From assembly GCA_964016885.1 (NCBI GenBank), contig OZ024743.1, forward strand, positions 92,814,001 to 92,878,000: 64,000 nt of DNA. Reading direction: 5' to 3'. Under the pieces are notes generated by a model that had not been told where the DNA came from, did no database searches, and saw only the letters and a list, made by a program, of their open reading frames with translations. Below are positions 1-11,297 of this stretch, one piece after another. This stretch comes from Eledone cirrhosa (lineage: Eukaryota). Each line of letters starts with the position of its first letter. Within the stretch, counting starts at the first letter, position 1. A program made the position numbers and the translations under genes.

Positions 1-58
1 TCGAGCCTAGTTAGTACTTGGATGGGTGACCGCCTGGGAACCCTAGGTGCCGTAAGCG
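1..58 (+). rRNA. RNA5S: 5S rRNA, 3' part (nt 62-119), truncated by window edge
   Basis: Identical to nt 62-119 of the downstream copies. Confidence 0.95.
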
Positions 59-117
59 TTTAATTTTTTTTTTTTTTTCATTAATATCTTTACATAGCTA
101 CTTATTTTTTTTAGTTC

Positions 118-154
118 GGTGACCGCCTAGGAAACCGAGCTGCTGTATACATTT
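118..154 (+). pseudogene. Degenerate duplicate of the 5S 3' end (nt ~86-122); representative copy, present in every spacer
   Basis: GGTGACCGCCTAGGAAACCGAGCTGCTGTATACATTT aligns without gaps to gene GGTGACCGCCTGGGAACCCTAGGTGCCGTAAGCGTTT, 29/37 identical. Confidence 0.75.
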
Positions 155-773
155 CCATTTTTCTTTCTTTTAGTTTCTTTCTTTTGCTAGCTTCTCTCGC
201 CAATGTATGTTAGTTTCAAAATAATTAGGCACGCAAACTTTTTCCTTTATTTCAACCCTACCCTTCGCATACACACCACTGCAAACGTCTTAAAAGCTAC
301 CGACTGCAAAATCAGAGTTTCTTGATAATTTCAGATATTTCAAACTTTTATTCCGTTCGCCTTCCGAAGTAGTGAGCCTGCTATATACTCTAGAAAATAT
401 TTATTGAACAGAGATTTGGCTGCTTTTTCTAGCAGGTAAAATTAGCACATTTCTTTAGAGCCGTTCGAATCGAACATTATCCACATCTGTAATAATTAAT
501 TCGGAATGGGTATCGTAGCTAGTTATTTGGCCAAGTTATATAAACAAAAAGACAACATAAGTTTTAAAGACAGCGATATCGACAGCTATGCGACACTCTC
601 GTAGTTAATAACGTGTGTTAATTTAAAAGTTAGATGAGATTTATGTAAAATTTTATTAAGCAACCTAAATTGCTTGAAAATACTGTGTTATACGGTTGAA
701 AGTAAGAAAAATGTTTAATAGAAAATTAAAATATAAAAATTATCGTAAAAGAAAGGTGATTAGTGAGTTGTTT

Positions 774-809
774 TATACAATAAAACTATTAAATTTAGCA
801 TAAGCTTTC
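774..809 (+). promoter_or_regulatory. Upstream Pol III flank (representative): AT-rich/TATA-like block at -36..-17, GC at -12/-11, C at -1
   Basis: TATACAATAAAACTATTAAA..GC..C directly before +1; similar elements are known upstream of many eukaryotic 5S genes. Function is inferred. Confidence 0.5.
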
Positions 810-928
810 GTTTACGGCCATATCACGCTGACAACACCGGTTCTCGTCCGTTCACCGAAGTTAAGCAACGTCGAGCCTAGTTAGTACTTGGATGGGTGAC
901 CGCCTGGGAACCCTAGGTGCCGTAAGCG
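810..928 (+). rRNA. RNA5S: 5S rRNA (variant A42T)
   Basis: Typical eukaryotic 5S motifs (GAAGTTAAGC, TTAGTACTTGGATGGGTGACCGCCTGGGAA). Helix I GTTTACGGC/GCCGTAAGC closes the molecule and oligo-T follows. Confidence 0.97.
859..906 (+). promoter_or_regulatory. Pol III type-1 internal control region (box A ~+50-64, intermediate element, box C ~+80-97); representative copy
   Basis: AGTTAAGCAACGTCG (box A) and TGGATGGGTGACCGCCTG (box C) lie at the canonical positions. Confidence 0.85.
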
Positions 929-955
929 TTTAATTTTTTTTTTTTTTTTTTTTTT
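929..955 (+). terminator. Pol III oligo-dT terminator TTTAA(T)n; representative copy, n about 13-28 across units
   Basis: A long T run follows every gene, and a second T7-9 run lies ~25 bp further downstream. Confidence 0.9.
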
Positions 956-1685
956 CATTAATATCTTTACAGAGCTATTTATTTTTTTTAGTTCGGTGAC
1001 CGCTTAGGAAACCGAGCTGCTGTATACATTTCCATTTTTCTTTCTTTTAGTTTCTTTCTTTTGCAAGCTTCTCTCGCCAATGTATGTTAGTTTCAAAATA
1101 ATTAGGCACGCAAACTTTTTCCTTTCTTTCAACCCTACCCTTCGCATACACACCACTGCAAACGTCTTAAAAGCTACCGACTGCAAAATCAGAGTTTCTT
1201 GATAATTTCAGATATTTCAAACTTTTATTCCGTTCGCCTTCCGAAGTAGTGAGCCTGCTATATACTCTAGAAAATATTTATTGAACAGAGATTTGGCTGC
1301 TTTTTCTAGCAGGTAAAATTAGCACATTTTTTAGAGCTGTTCGAATCGAACATTATCCACATCTGTAATAATTAATTCGGAATGGGTATCGTAGCTAGTT
1401 ATTTGGCCAAGTTATATAAACAAAAAGACAACATAAGTTTTAAAGACAGCGATATCGACAGCTATGCGACACTCTCGTAGTTAATAACGTGTGTTAATTT
1501 AAAAGTTAGATGAGATTTATGTAAAATTTTATTAAGCAACCTAAATTGCTTGAAAATACTGTGTTATACGGTTGAAAGTAAGAAAAATGTTTAATAGAAA
1601 ATTAAAATATAAAAATTATCGTAAAAGAAAGGTGTTTAGTGAGTTGTTTTATACAATAAAACTATTAAATTCAGCATAAGCTTTC

Positions 1686-1804
1686 GTTTACGGCCATATC
1701 ACGCTGACAACACCGGTTCTCGTCCGATCACCGAAGTTAAGCAACGTCGAGCCTAGTTAGTACTTGGATGGGTGACCGCCTGGGAACCCTAGGTGCCGTA
1801 AGCG
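1686..1804 (+). rRNA. RNA5S: 5S rRNA
   Basis: Array consensus. Confidence 0.97.
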
Positions 1805-2566
1805 TTTAATTTTTTTTTTTTTTTTTTTTTTTTTTTCATTAATATCTTTACAGGGCTATTTATTTTTTTAGTTCGGTGACCGCTTAGGAAACCGAGCTGC
1901 TCTATACATTTCCATTTTTCTTTCTTTTAGTTTCTTTCTTTTGCAAGCTTCTCTCGCCAATGTCTGTTAGTTTCAAAATAATTAGGCACGCAAACTTTTT
2001 CCTTTCTTTCAACCCTACCCTTCGCATACACACCACTGCAAACGTCTTAAGAGCTACCGACTGCAAAAACAGAGTTTCTTGATAATTTCAGATATTTCAA
2101 ACTTTTATTCCGTTCGCCTTCCGAAGTAGTGAGCCTGCTATATACTCTAGAAAATATTTATTGAACAGAGATTTGGCTGCTTTTTCTAGCAGGTAAAATT
2201 AGCACATTTCTTTAGAGCCGTTCGAATCGAACATTATCCACATCTGTAATAATTAATTCGGAATGGGTATCGTAGCTAGTTATTTGGCCAAGTTATATAA
2301 ACAAAAAGACAACATAAGTTTTAAAGACAGCGATATCGACAGCTATGCGACACTCTCGTAGTTAATAACGTGTGTTAATTTAAAAGTTAGATGAGATTTA
2401 TGTAAAATTTTATTAAGCAACCTAAATTGCTTGAAAATACTGTGTTATACGGTTGAAAGTAAGAAAAATGTTTAATAGAAAATTAAAATATAAAAATTAT
2501 CGTAAAAGAAAGGTGTTTAGTGAGTTGTTTTATACAATAAAACTATTAAATTCAGCATAAGCTTTC

Positions 2567-2685
2567 GTTTACGGCCATATCACGCTGACAACACCGGTTC
2601 TCGTCCGATCACCGAAGTTAAGCAACGTCGAACCTAGTTAGTACTTGGATGGGTGACCGCCTGGGAACCCTAGGTGCCGTAAGCG
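2567..2685 (+). rRNA. RNA5S: 5S rRNA (G66A)
   Basis: Consensus + 1 SNP. Confidence 0.95.
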
Positions 2686-3443
2686 TTTAATTTTTTTTTT
2701 TTTTTTTTTTTTTCATTAATATCTTTACAGAGCTATTTATTTTTTTAGTTCGGTGACCGCTTAGGAAACCGAGTTGCTCTATACATTTCCATTTTTCTTT
2801 CTTTTAGTTTCTTTCTTTTGCAAGCTTCTCTCGCCAATGTCTGTTAGTTTGAAAATAATTAGGCACGCAAACTTTTTCCTTTCTTTCAACCCTACCCTTC
2901 GCATACACACCACTGCAAACGTCTTAAAAGCTACCGACTGCAAAAACAGAGTTTCTTGATAATTTCAGATATTTCAAACTTTTATTCCGTTCGCCTTCCG
3001 AAGTAGTGAGCCTGCTATATACTCTAGAAAATATTTATTGAACAGAGATTTGGCTGCTTTTTCTAGCAGGTAAAATTAGCACATTTCTTTAGAGCCGTTC
3101 GAATCGAACATTATCCACATCTGTAATAATTAATTCGGAATGGGTATCGTAGCTAGTTATTTGGCCAAGTTATATAAACAAAAAGACAACATAAGTTTTA
3201 AAGACAGCGATATCGACAGCTATGCGACACTCTCGTAGTTAATAACGTGTGTTAATTTAAAAGTTAGATGAGATTTATGTAAAATTTTATTAAGCAACCT
3301 AAATTGCTTGAAAATACTGTGTTATACGGTTGAAAGTAAGAAAAATGTTTAATAGAAAATTAAAATATAAAAATTATCGTAAAAGAAAGGTGTTTAGTGA
3401 GTTGTTTTATACAATAAAACTATTAAATTCAGCATAAGCTTTC

Positions 3444-3562
3444 ATTTACGGCCATATCACGCTGACAACACCGGTTCTCGTCCGATCACCGAAGTTAAGC
3501 AACGTCGAGCCTAGTTAGTACTTGGATGGGTGACCGCCTGGGAACCCTAGGTGCCGTAAGCG
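3444..3562 (+). rRNA. RNA5S: 5S rRNA (G1A)
   Basis: Consensus + 1 SNP. Confidence 0.95.
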
Positions 3563-4313
3563 TTTAATTTTTTTTTTTTTTTCATTAATATCTTTACATA
3601 GCTACTTATTTTTTTTAGTTCGGTGACCGCCTAGGAAACCGAGCTGCTGTATACATTTCCATTTTTCTTTCTTTTAGTTTCTTTCTTTTGCTAGCTTCTC
3701 TCGCCAATGTATGTTAGTTTCAAAATAATTAGGCACGCAAACTTTTTCCTTTATTTCAACCCTACCCTTCGCATACACACCACTGCAAACGTCTTAAAAG
3801 CTACCGACTGCAAAATCAGAGTTTCTTGATAATTTCAGATATTTCAAACTTTTATTCCGTTCGCCTTCCGAAGTAGTGAGCCTGCTATATACTCTAGAAA
3901 ATATTTATTGAACAGAGATTTGGCTGCTTTTTCTAGCAGGTAAAATTAGCACATTTCTTTAGAGCCGTTCGAATCGAACATTATCCACATCTGTAATAAT
4001 TAATTCGGAATGGGTATCGTAGCTAGTTATTTGGCCAAGTTATATAAACAAAAAGACAACATAAGTTTTAAAGACAGCGATATCGACAGCTATGCGACAC
4101 TCTCGTAGTTAATAACGTGTGTTAATTTAAAAGTTAGATGAGATTTATGTAAAATTTTATTAAGCAACCTAAATTGCTTGAAAATACTGTGTTATACGGT
4201 TGAAAGGAAGAAAAATGTTTAATAGAAAATTAAAATATAAAAATTATCGTAAAAGAAAGGTGATTAGTGAGTTGTTTTATACAATAAAACTATTAAATTT
4301 AGCATAAGCTTTC

Positions 4314-4432
4314 GTTTACGGCCATATCACGCTGACAACACCGGTTCTCGTCCGTTCACCGAAGTTAAGCAACGTCGAGCCTAGTTAGTACTTGGATGGG
4401 TGACCGCCTGGGAACCCTAGGTGCCGTAAGCG
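4314..4432 (+). rRNA. RNA5S: 5S rRNA (A42T)
   Basis: Consensus + 1 SNP. Confidence 0.95.
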
Positions 4433-5189
4433 TTTAATTTTTTTTTTTTTTTTTTTTTTCATTAATATCTTTACAGAGCTATTTATTTTTTTTAGTTCGG
4501 TGACCGCTTAGGAAACCGAGCTGCTGTATACATTTCCATTTTTCTTTCTTTTAGTTTCTTTCTTTTGCAAGCTTCTCTCGCCAATGTATGTTAGTTTCAA
4601 AATAATTAGGCACGCAAACTTTTTCCTTTCTTTCAACCCTACCCTTCGCATACACACCACTGCAAACGTCTTAAAAGCTACCGACTGCAAAATCAGAGTT
4701 TCTTGATAATTTCAGATATTTCAAACTTTTATTCCGTTCGCCTTCCGAAGTAGTGAGCCTGCTATATACTCTAGAAAATATTTATTGAACAGAGATTTGG
4801 CTGCTTTTTCTAGCAGGTAAAATTAGCACATTTCTTAGAGCTGTTCGAATCGAACATTATCCACATCTGTAATAATTAATTCGGAATGGGTATCGTAGCT
4901 AGTTATTTGGCCAAGTTATATAAACAAAAAGACAACATAAGTTTTAAAGACAGCGATATCGACAGCTATGCGACACTCTCGTAGTTAATAACGTGTGTTA
5001 ATTTAAAAGTTAGATGAGATTTATGTAAAATTTTATTAAGCAACCTAAATTGCTTGAAAATACTGTGTTATACGGTTGAAAGTAAGAAAAATGTTTAATA
5101 GAAAATTAAAATATAAAAATTATCGTAAAAGAAAGGTGTTTAGTGAGTTGTTTTATACAATAAAACTATTAAATTCAGCATAAGCTTTC

Positions 5190-5308
5190 GTTTACGGCCA
5201 TATCACGCTGACAACACCGGTTCTCGTCCGATCACCGAAGTTAAGCAACGTCGAGCCTAGTTAGTACTTGGATGGGTGACCGCCTGGGAACCCTAGGTGC
5301 CGTAAGCG
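5190..5308 (+). rRNA. RNA5S: 5S rRNA
   Basis: Array consensus. Confidence 0.97.
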
Positions 5309-6071
5309 TTTAATTTTTTTTTTTTTTTTTTTTTTTTTTTTCATTAATATCTTTACAGGGCTATTTATTTTTTTAGTTCGGTGACCGCTTAGGAAACCGA
5401 GCTGCTCTATACATTTCCATTTTTCTTTCTTTTAGTTTCTTTCTTTTGCAAGCTTCTCTCGCCAATGTCTGTTAGTTTCAAAATAATTAGGCACGCAACC
5501 TTTTTCCTTTCTTTCAACCCTACCCTTCGCATACACACCACTGCAAACGTCTTAAGAGCTACCGACTGCAAAAACAGAGTTTCTTGATAATTTCAGATAT
5601 TTCAAACTTTTATTCCGTTCGCCTTCCGAAGTAGTGAGCCTGCTATATACTCTAGAAAATATTTATTGAACAGAGATTTGGCTGCTTTTTCTAGCAGGTA
5701 AAATTAGCACATTTCTTTAGAGCCGTTCGAATCGAACATTATCCACATCTGTAATAATTAATTCGGAATGGGTATCGTAGCTAGTTATTTGGCCAAGTTA
5801 TATAAACAAAAAGACAACATAAGTTTTAAAGACAGCGATATCGACAGCTATGCGACACTCTCGTAGTTAATAACGTGTGTTAATTTAAAAGTTAGATGAG
5901 ATTTATGTAAAATTTTATTAAGCAACCTAAATTGCTTGAAAATACTGTGTTATACGGTTGAAAGTAAGAAAAATGTTTAATAGAAAATTAAAATATAAAA
6001 ATTATCGTAAAAGAAAGGTGTTTAGTGAGTTGTTTTATACAATAAAACTATTAAATTCAGCATAAGCTTTC

Positions 6072-6190
6072 ATTTACGGCCATATCACGCTGACAACACC
6101 GGTTCTCGTCCGATCACCGAAGTTAAGCAACGTCGAGCCTAGTTAGTACTTGGATGGGTGACCGCCTGGGAACCCTAGGTGCCGTAAGCG
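6072..6190 (+). rRNA. RNA5S: 5S rRNA (G1A)
   Basis: Consensus + 1 SNP. Confidence 0.95.
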
Positions 6191-6941
6191 TTTAATTTTT
6201 TTTTTTTTTTCATTAATATCTTTACAGAGCTATTTATTTTTTTTAGTTCGGTGACCGCCTAGGAAACCGAGCTGCTGTATACATTTCCATTTTTCTTTCT
6301 TTTAGTTTCTTTCTTTTGCAAGCTTCTCTCGCCAATGTATGTTAGTTTCAAAATAATTAGGCACGCAAACTTTTTCCTTTCTTTCAATCCTACCCTTCGC
6401 ATACACACCACTGCAAACGTCTTAAAAGCTACCGACTGCAAAATCAGAGTTTCTTGATAATTTCAGATATTTCAAACTTTTATTCCGTTCGCCTTCCGAA
6501 GTAGTGAGCCTGCTATATACTCTAGAAAATATTTATTGAACAGAGATTTGGCTGCTTTTTCTAGCAGGTAAAATCAGCACATTTCTTTAGAGCCGTTCGA
6601 ATCGAACATTATCCACATCTGTAATAATTAATTCGGAATGGGTATCGTAGCTAGTTATTTGGCCAAGTTATATAAACAAAAAGACAACATAAGTTTTAAA
6701 GACAGCGATATCGACAGCTATGCGACACTCTCGTAGTTAATAACGTGTGTTAATTTAAAAGTTAGATGAGATTTATGTAAAATTTTATTAAGCAACCTAA
6801 ATTGCTTGAAAATACTGTGTTATACGGTTGAAAGTAAGAAAAATGTTTAATAGAAAATTAAAATATAAAAATTATCGTAAAAGAAAGGTGTTTAGTGAGT
6901 TGTTTTATACAATAAAACTATTAAATTCAGCATAAGCTTTC

Positions 6942-7060
6942 GTTTACGGCCATATCACGCTGACAACACCGGTTCTCGTCCGATCACCGAAGTTAAGCAA
7001 CGTCGAGCCTAGTTAGTACTTGGATGGGTGACCGCCTGGGAACCCTAGGTGCCGTAAGCG
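6942..7060 (+). rRNA. RNA5S: 5S rRNA
   Basis: Array consensus. Confidence 0.97.
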
Positions 7061-7813
7061 TTTAATTTTTTTTTTTTTTTTTTCATTAATATCTTTACAG
7101 AGCTATTTATTTTTTTAGTTCGGTGACCGCTTAGGAAACCGAGTTGCTCTATACATTTCCATTTTTCTTTCTTTTAGTTTCTTTCTTTTGCAAGCTTCTC
7201 TCGCCAATGTCTGTTAGTTTCAAAATAATTAGGCACGCAAACTTTTTCCTTTCTTTCAACCCTACCCTTCGCATACACACCACTGCAAGCGTCTTAAAAG
7301 CTACCGACTGCAAAAACAGAGTTTCTTGATAATTTCAGATATTTCAAACTTTTATTCCGTTCGCCTTCCGAAGTAGTGAGCCTGCTATATACTCTAGAAA
7401 ATATTTATTGAACAGAGATTTGGCTGCTTTTTCTAGCAGGTAAAATTAGCACATTTCTTTAGAGCCGTTCGAATCGAACATTATCCACATCTGTAATAAT
7501 TAATTCGGAATGGGTATCGTAGCTAGTTATTTGGCCAAGTTATATAAACAAAAAGACAACATAAGTTTTAAAGACAGCAATATCGACAGCTATGCGACAC
7601 TCTCGTAGTTAATAACGTGTGTTAATTTAAAAGTTAGATGAGATTTATGTAAAATTTTATTAAGCAACCTAAATTGCTTGAAAATACTGTGTTATACGGT
7701 TGAAAGTAAGAAAAATGTTTAATAGAAAATTAAAATATAAAAATTATCGTAAAAGAAAGGTGTTTAGTGAGTTGTTTTATACAATAAAACTATTAAATTC
7801 AGCATAAGCTTTC

Positions 7814-7932
7814 GTTTACGGCCATATCACACTGACAACACCGGTTCTCGTCCGATCACCGAAGTTAAACAACGTCGAGCCTAGTTAGTACTTGGATGGG
7901 TGACCGCCTGGGAACCCTAGGTGCCGTAAGCG
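7814..7932 (+). rRNA. RNA5S: 5S rRNA (G18A, G56A)
   Basis: Consensus + 2 SNPs; G18A breaks a helix II pair. Confidence 0.9.
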
Positions 7933-8684
7933 TTTAATTTTTTTTTTTTTTTTTCATTAATATCTTTACAGAGCTATTTATTTTTTTAGTTCGGTGACCG
8001 CTTAGGAAACCGAGCTGCTGTATACATTTCCATTTTTCTTTCTTTTAGTTTCTTTCTTTTGCAAGCTTCTCTCGCCAATGTCTGTTAGTTTCAAAATAAT
8101 TAGGCACGCAAACTTTTTCCTTTCTTTCAACCCTACCCTTCGCATACACACCACTGCAAACGTCTTAAAAGCTACCGACTGCAAAAACAGAGTTTCTTGA
8201 TAATTTCAGATATTTCAAACTTTTATTCCGTTCGCCTTCCGAAGTAGTGAGCCTGCTATATACTCTAGAAAATATTTATTGAACAGAGATTTGGCTGCTT
8301 TTTCTAGCAGGTAAAATTAGCACATTTCTTTAGAGCCGTTCGAATCGAACATTATCCACATCTGTAATAATTAATTCGGAATGGGTATCGTAGCTAGTTA
8401 TTTGGCCAAGTTATATAAACAAAAAGACAACATAAGTGTTAAAGACAGCGATATCGACAGCTATGCGACACTCTCGTAGTCAATAACGTGTGTTAATTTA
8501 AAAGTTAGATGAGATTTATGTAAAATTTTATTAAGCAACCTAAATTGCTTGAAAATACTGTGTTATACGGTTGAAAGTAAGAAAAATGTTTAATAGAAAA
8601 TTAAAATATAAAAATTATCGTAAAAGAAAGGTGTTTAGTGAGTTGTTTTATACAATAAAACTATTAAATTCAGCATAAGCTTTC

Positions 8685-8803
8685 ATTTACGGCCATATCA
8701 CGCTGACAACACCGGTTCTCGTCCGATCACCGAAGTTAAGCAACGTCGAGCCTAGATAGTACTTGGATGGGTGACCGCCTGGGAACCCTAGGTGCCGTAA
8801 GCG
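8685..8803 (+). rRNA. RNA5S: 5S rRNA (G1A, T72A)
   Basis: Consensus + 2 SNPs. Confidence 0.93.
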
Positions 8804-9554
8804 TTTAATTTTTTTTTTTTTTTCATTAATATCTTTACAGAGCTATTTATTTTTTTTAGTTCGGTGCCCGCCTAGGACACCGAGCTGCTGTATACATTTC
8901 CATTTTTCTTTCTTTTAGTTTCTTTCTTTTGCAAGCTTCTCTCGCCAATGTATGTTAGTTTCAAAATAATTAGGCACGCAAACTTTTTCCTTTCTTTCAA
9001 CCCTACCCTTCGCATACACACCACTGCAAACGTCTTAAAAGCTACCGACTGCAAAATCAGCGTTTCTTGATAATTTCAGATATTTCAAACTTTTATTCCG
9101 TTCGCCTTCCGAAGTAGTGAGCCTGCTATATACTCTAGAAAATATTTATTGAACAGAGATTTGGCTGCTTTTTCTAGCAGGTAAAATTAGCACATTTCTT
9201 TAGAGCCGTTCGAATCGAACATTATCCACATCTGTAATAATTAATTCGGAATGGGTATCGTAGCTAGTTATTTGGCCAAGTTATATAAACAAAAAGACAA
9301 CATAAGTTTTAAAGACAGCGATATCGACAGCTATGCGACACTCTCGTAGTTAATAACGTGTGTTAATTTAAAAGTTAGATGAGATTTATGTAAAATTTTA
9401 TTAAGCAACCTAAATTGCTTGAAAATACTGTGTTATACGGTTGAAAGTAAGAAAAATGTTTAATAGAAAATTAAAATATAAAAATTATCGTAAAAGAAAG
9501 GTGTTTAGTGAGTTGTTTTATACAATAAAACTATTAAATTCAGCATAAGCTTTC

Positions 9555-9673
9555 GTTTACGGCCATATCACGCTGACAACACCGGTTCTCGTCCGATCAC
9601 CGAAGTTAAGCAACGTCGAGCCTAGTTAGTACTTGGATGGGTGACCGCCTGGGAACCCTAGGTGCCGTAAGCG
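9555..9673 (+). rRNA. RNA5S: 5S rRNA
   Basis: Array consensus. Confidence 0.97.
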
Positions 9674-10426
9674 TTTAATTTTTTTTTTTTTTTTTTCATT
9701 AATATCTTTACAGAGCTATTTATTTTTTTAGTTCGGTGACCTCTTAGGAAACCGAGTTGCTCTATACATTTCCATTTTTCTTTCTTTTAGTTTCTTTCTT
9801 TTGCAAGCTTCTCTCGCCAATGTCTGTTAGTTTCAAAATAATTAGGCACGCAAACTTTTTCCTTTCTTTCAACCCTACCCTTCGCATACACACCACTGCA
9901 AACGTCTTAAAAGCTACCGACTGCAAAATCAGAGTTTCTTGATAATTTCAGATATTTCAAACTTTTATTCCGTTCGCCTTCCGAAGTAGTGAGCCTGCTA
10001 TATACTCTAGAAAATATTTATTGAACAGAGATTTGGCTGCTTTTTCTAGCAGGTAAAATTAGCACATTTCTTTAGAGCCGTTCGAATCGAACATTATCCA
10101 CATCTGTAATAATTAATTCGGAATGGGTATCGTAGCTAGTTATTTGGCCAAGTTATATAAACAAAAAGACAACATAAGTTTTAAAGACAGCGATATCGAC
10201 AGCTATGCGACACTCTCGTAGTCAATAACGTGTGTTAATTTAAAAGTTAGATGAGATTTATGTAAAATTTTATTAAGCAACCTAAATTGCTTGAAAATAC
10301 TGTGTTATACGGTTGAAAGTAAGAAAAATGTTTAATAGAAAATTAAAATATAAAAATTATCGTAAAAGAAAGGTGTTTAGTGAGTTGTTTTATACAATAA
10401 AACTATTAAATTCAGCATAAGCTTTC

Positions 10427-10545
10427 GTTTACGGCCATATCACGCTGACAACACCGGTTCTCGTCCGATCACCGAAGTTAAGCAACGTCGAGCCTAGTTA
10501 GTACTTGGATGGGTGACCGCCTGGGAACCCTAGGTGCCGTAAGCG
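10427..10545 (+). rRNA. RNA5S: 5S rRNA
   Basis: Array consensus. Confidence 0.97.
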
Positions 10546-11297
10546 TTTAATTTTTTTTTTTTTTTTCATTAATATCTTTACAGAGCTATTTATTTTTTTT
10601 AGTTCGGTGCCCGCCTAGGACACCGAGCTGCTGTATACATTTCCATTTTTCTTTCTTTTAGTTTCTTTCTTTTGCAAGCTTCTCTCGCCAATGTATGTTA
10701 GTTTCAAAATAATTAGGCACGCAAACTTTTTCCTTTCTTTCAACCCTACCCTTCGCATACACACCACTGCAAACGTCTTAAAAGCTACCGACTGCAAAAT
10801 CAGAGTTTCTTGATAATTTCAGATATTTCAAACTTTTATTCCGTTCGCCTTCCGAAGTAGTGAGCCTGCTATATACTCTAGAAAATATTTATTGAACAGA
10901 GATTTGGCTGCTTTTTCTAGCAGGTAAAATTAGCACATTTCTTTAGAGCCGTTCGAATCGAACATTATCCACATCTGTAATAATTAATTCGGAATGGGTA
11001 TCGTAGCTAGTTATTTGGCCAAGTTATATAAACAAAAAGACAACATAAGTTTTAAAGACAGCAATATCGACAGCTATGCGACACTCTCGTAGTTAATAAC
11101 GTGTGTTAATTTAAAAGTTAGATGAGATTTATGTAAAATTTTATTAAGCAACCTAAATTGCTTGAAAATACTGTGTTATACGGTTGAAAGTAAGAAAAAT
11201 GTTTAATAGAAAATTAAAATATAAAAATTATCGTAAAAGAAAGGTGTTTAGTGAGTTGTTTTATACAATAAAACTAGTAAATTCAGCATAAGCTTTC

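Noticed and set aside
150-260. Pyrimidine-rich CTTT-like tract as a microsatellite or splice acceptor
   Set aside because: It is short, imperfect and almost invariant in length, consistent with ordinary T-rich sequence downstream of Pol III genes.
425-445. Minus-strand TTTTACCTG resembling the U1 snRNA 5' end (ATACTTACCTG)
   Set aside because: No U1 stem-loops, U1-70K/U1A loop motifs or correctly placed Sm site follow.
430-535. tRNA gene around GTTCGAATC
   Set aside because: No T-stem, acceptor stem or anticodon arm can be formed on either strand; kept only as a B-box-like motif.
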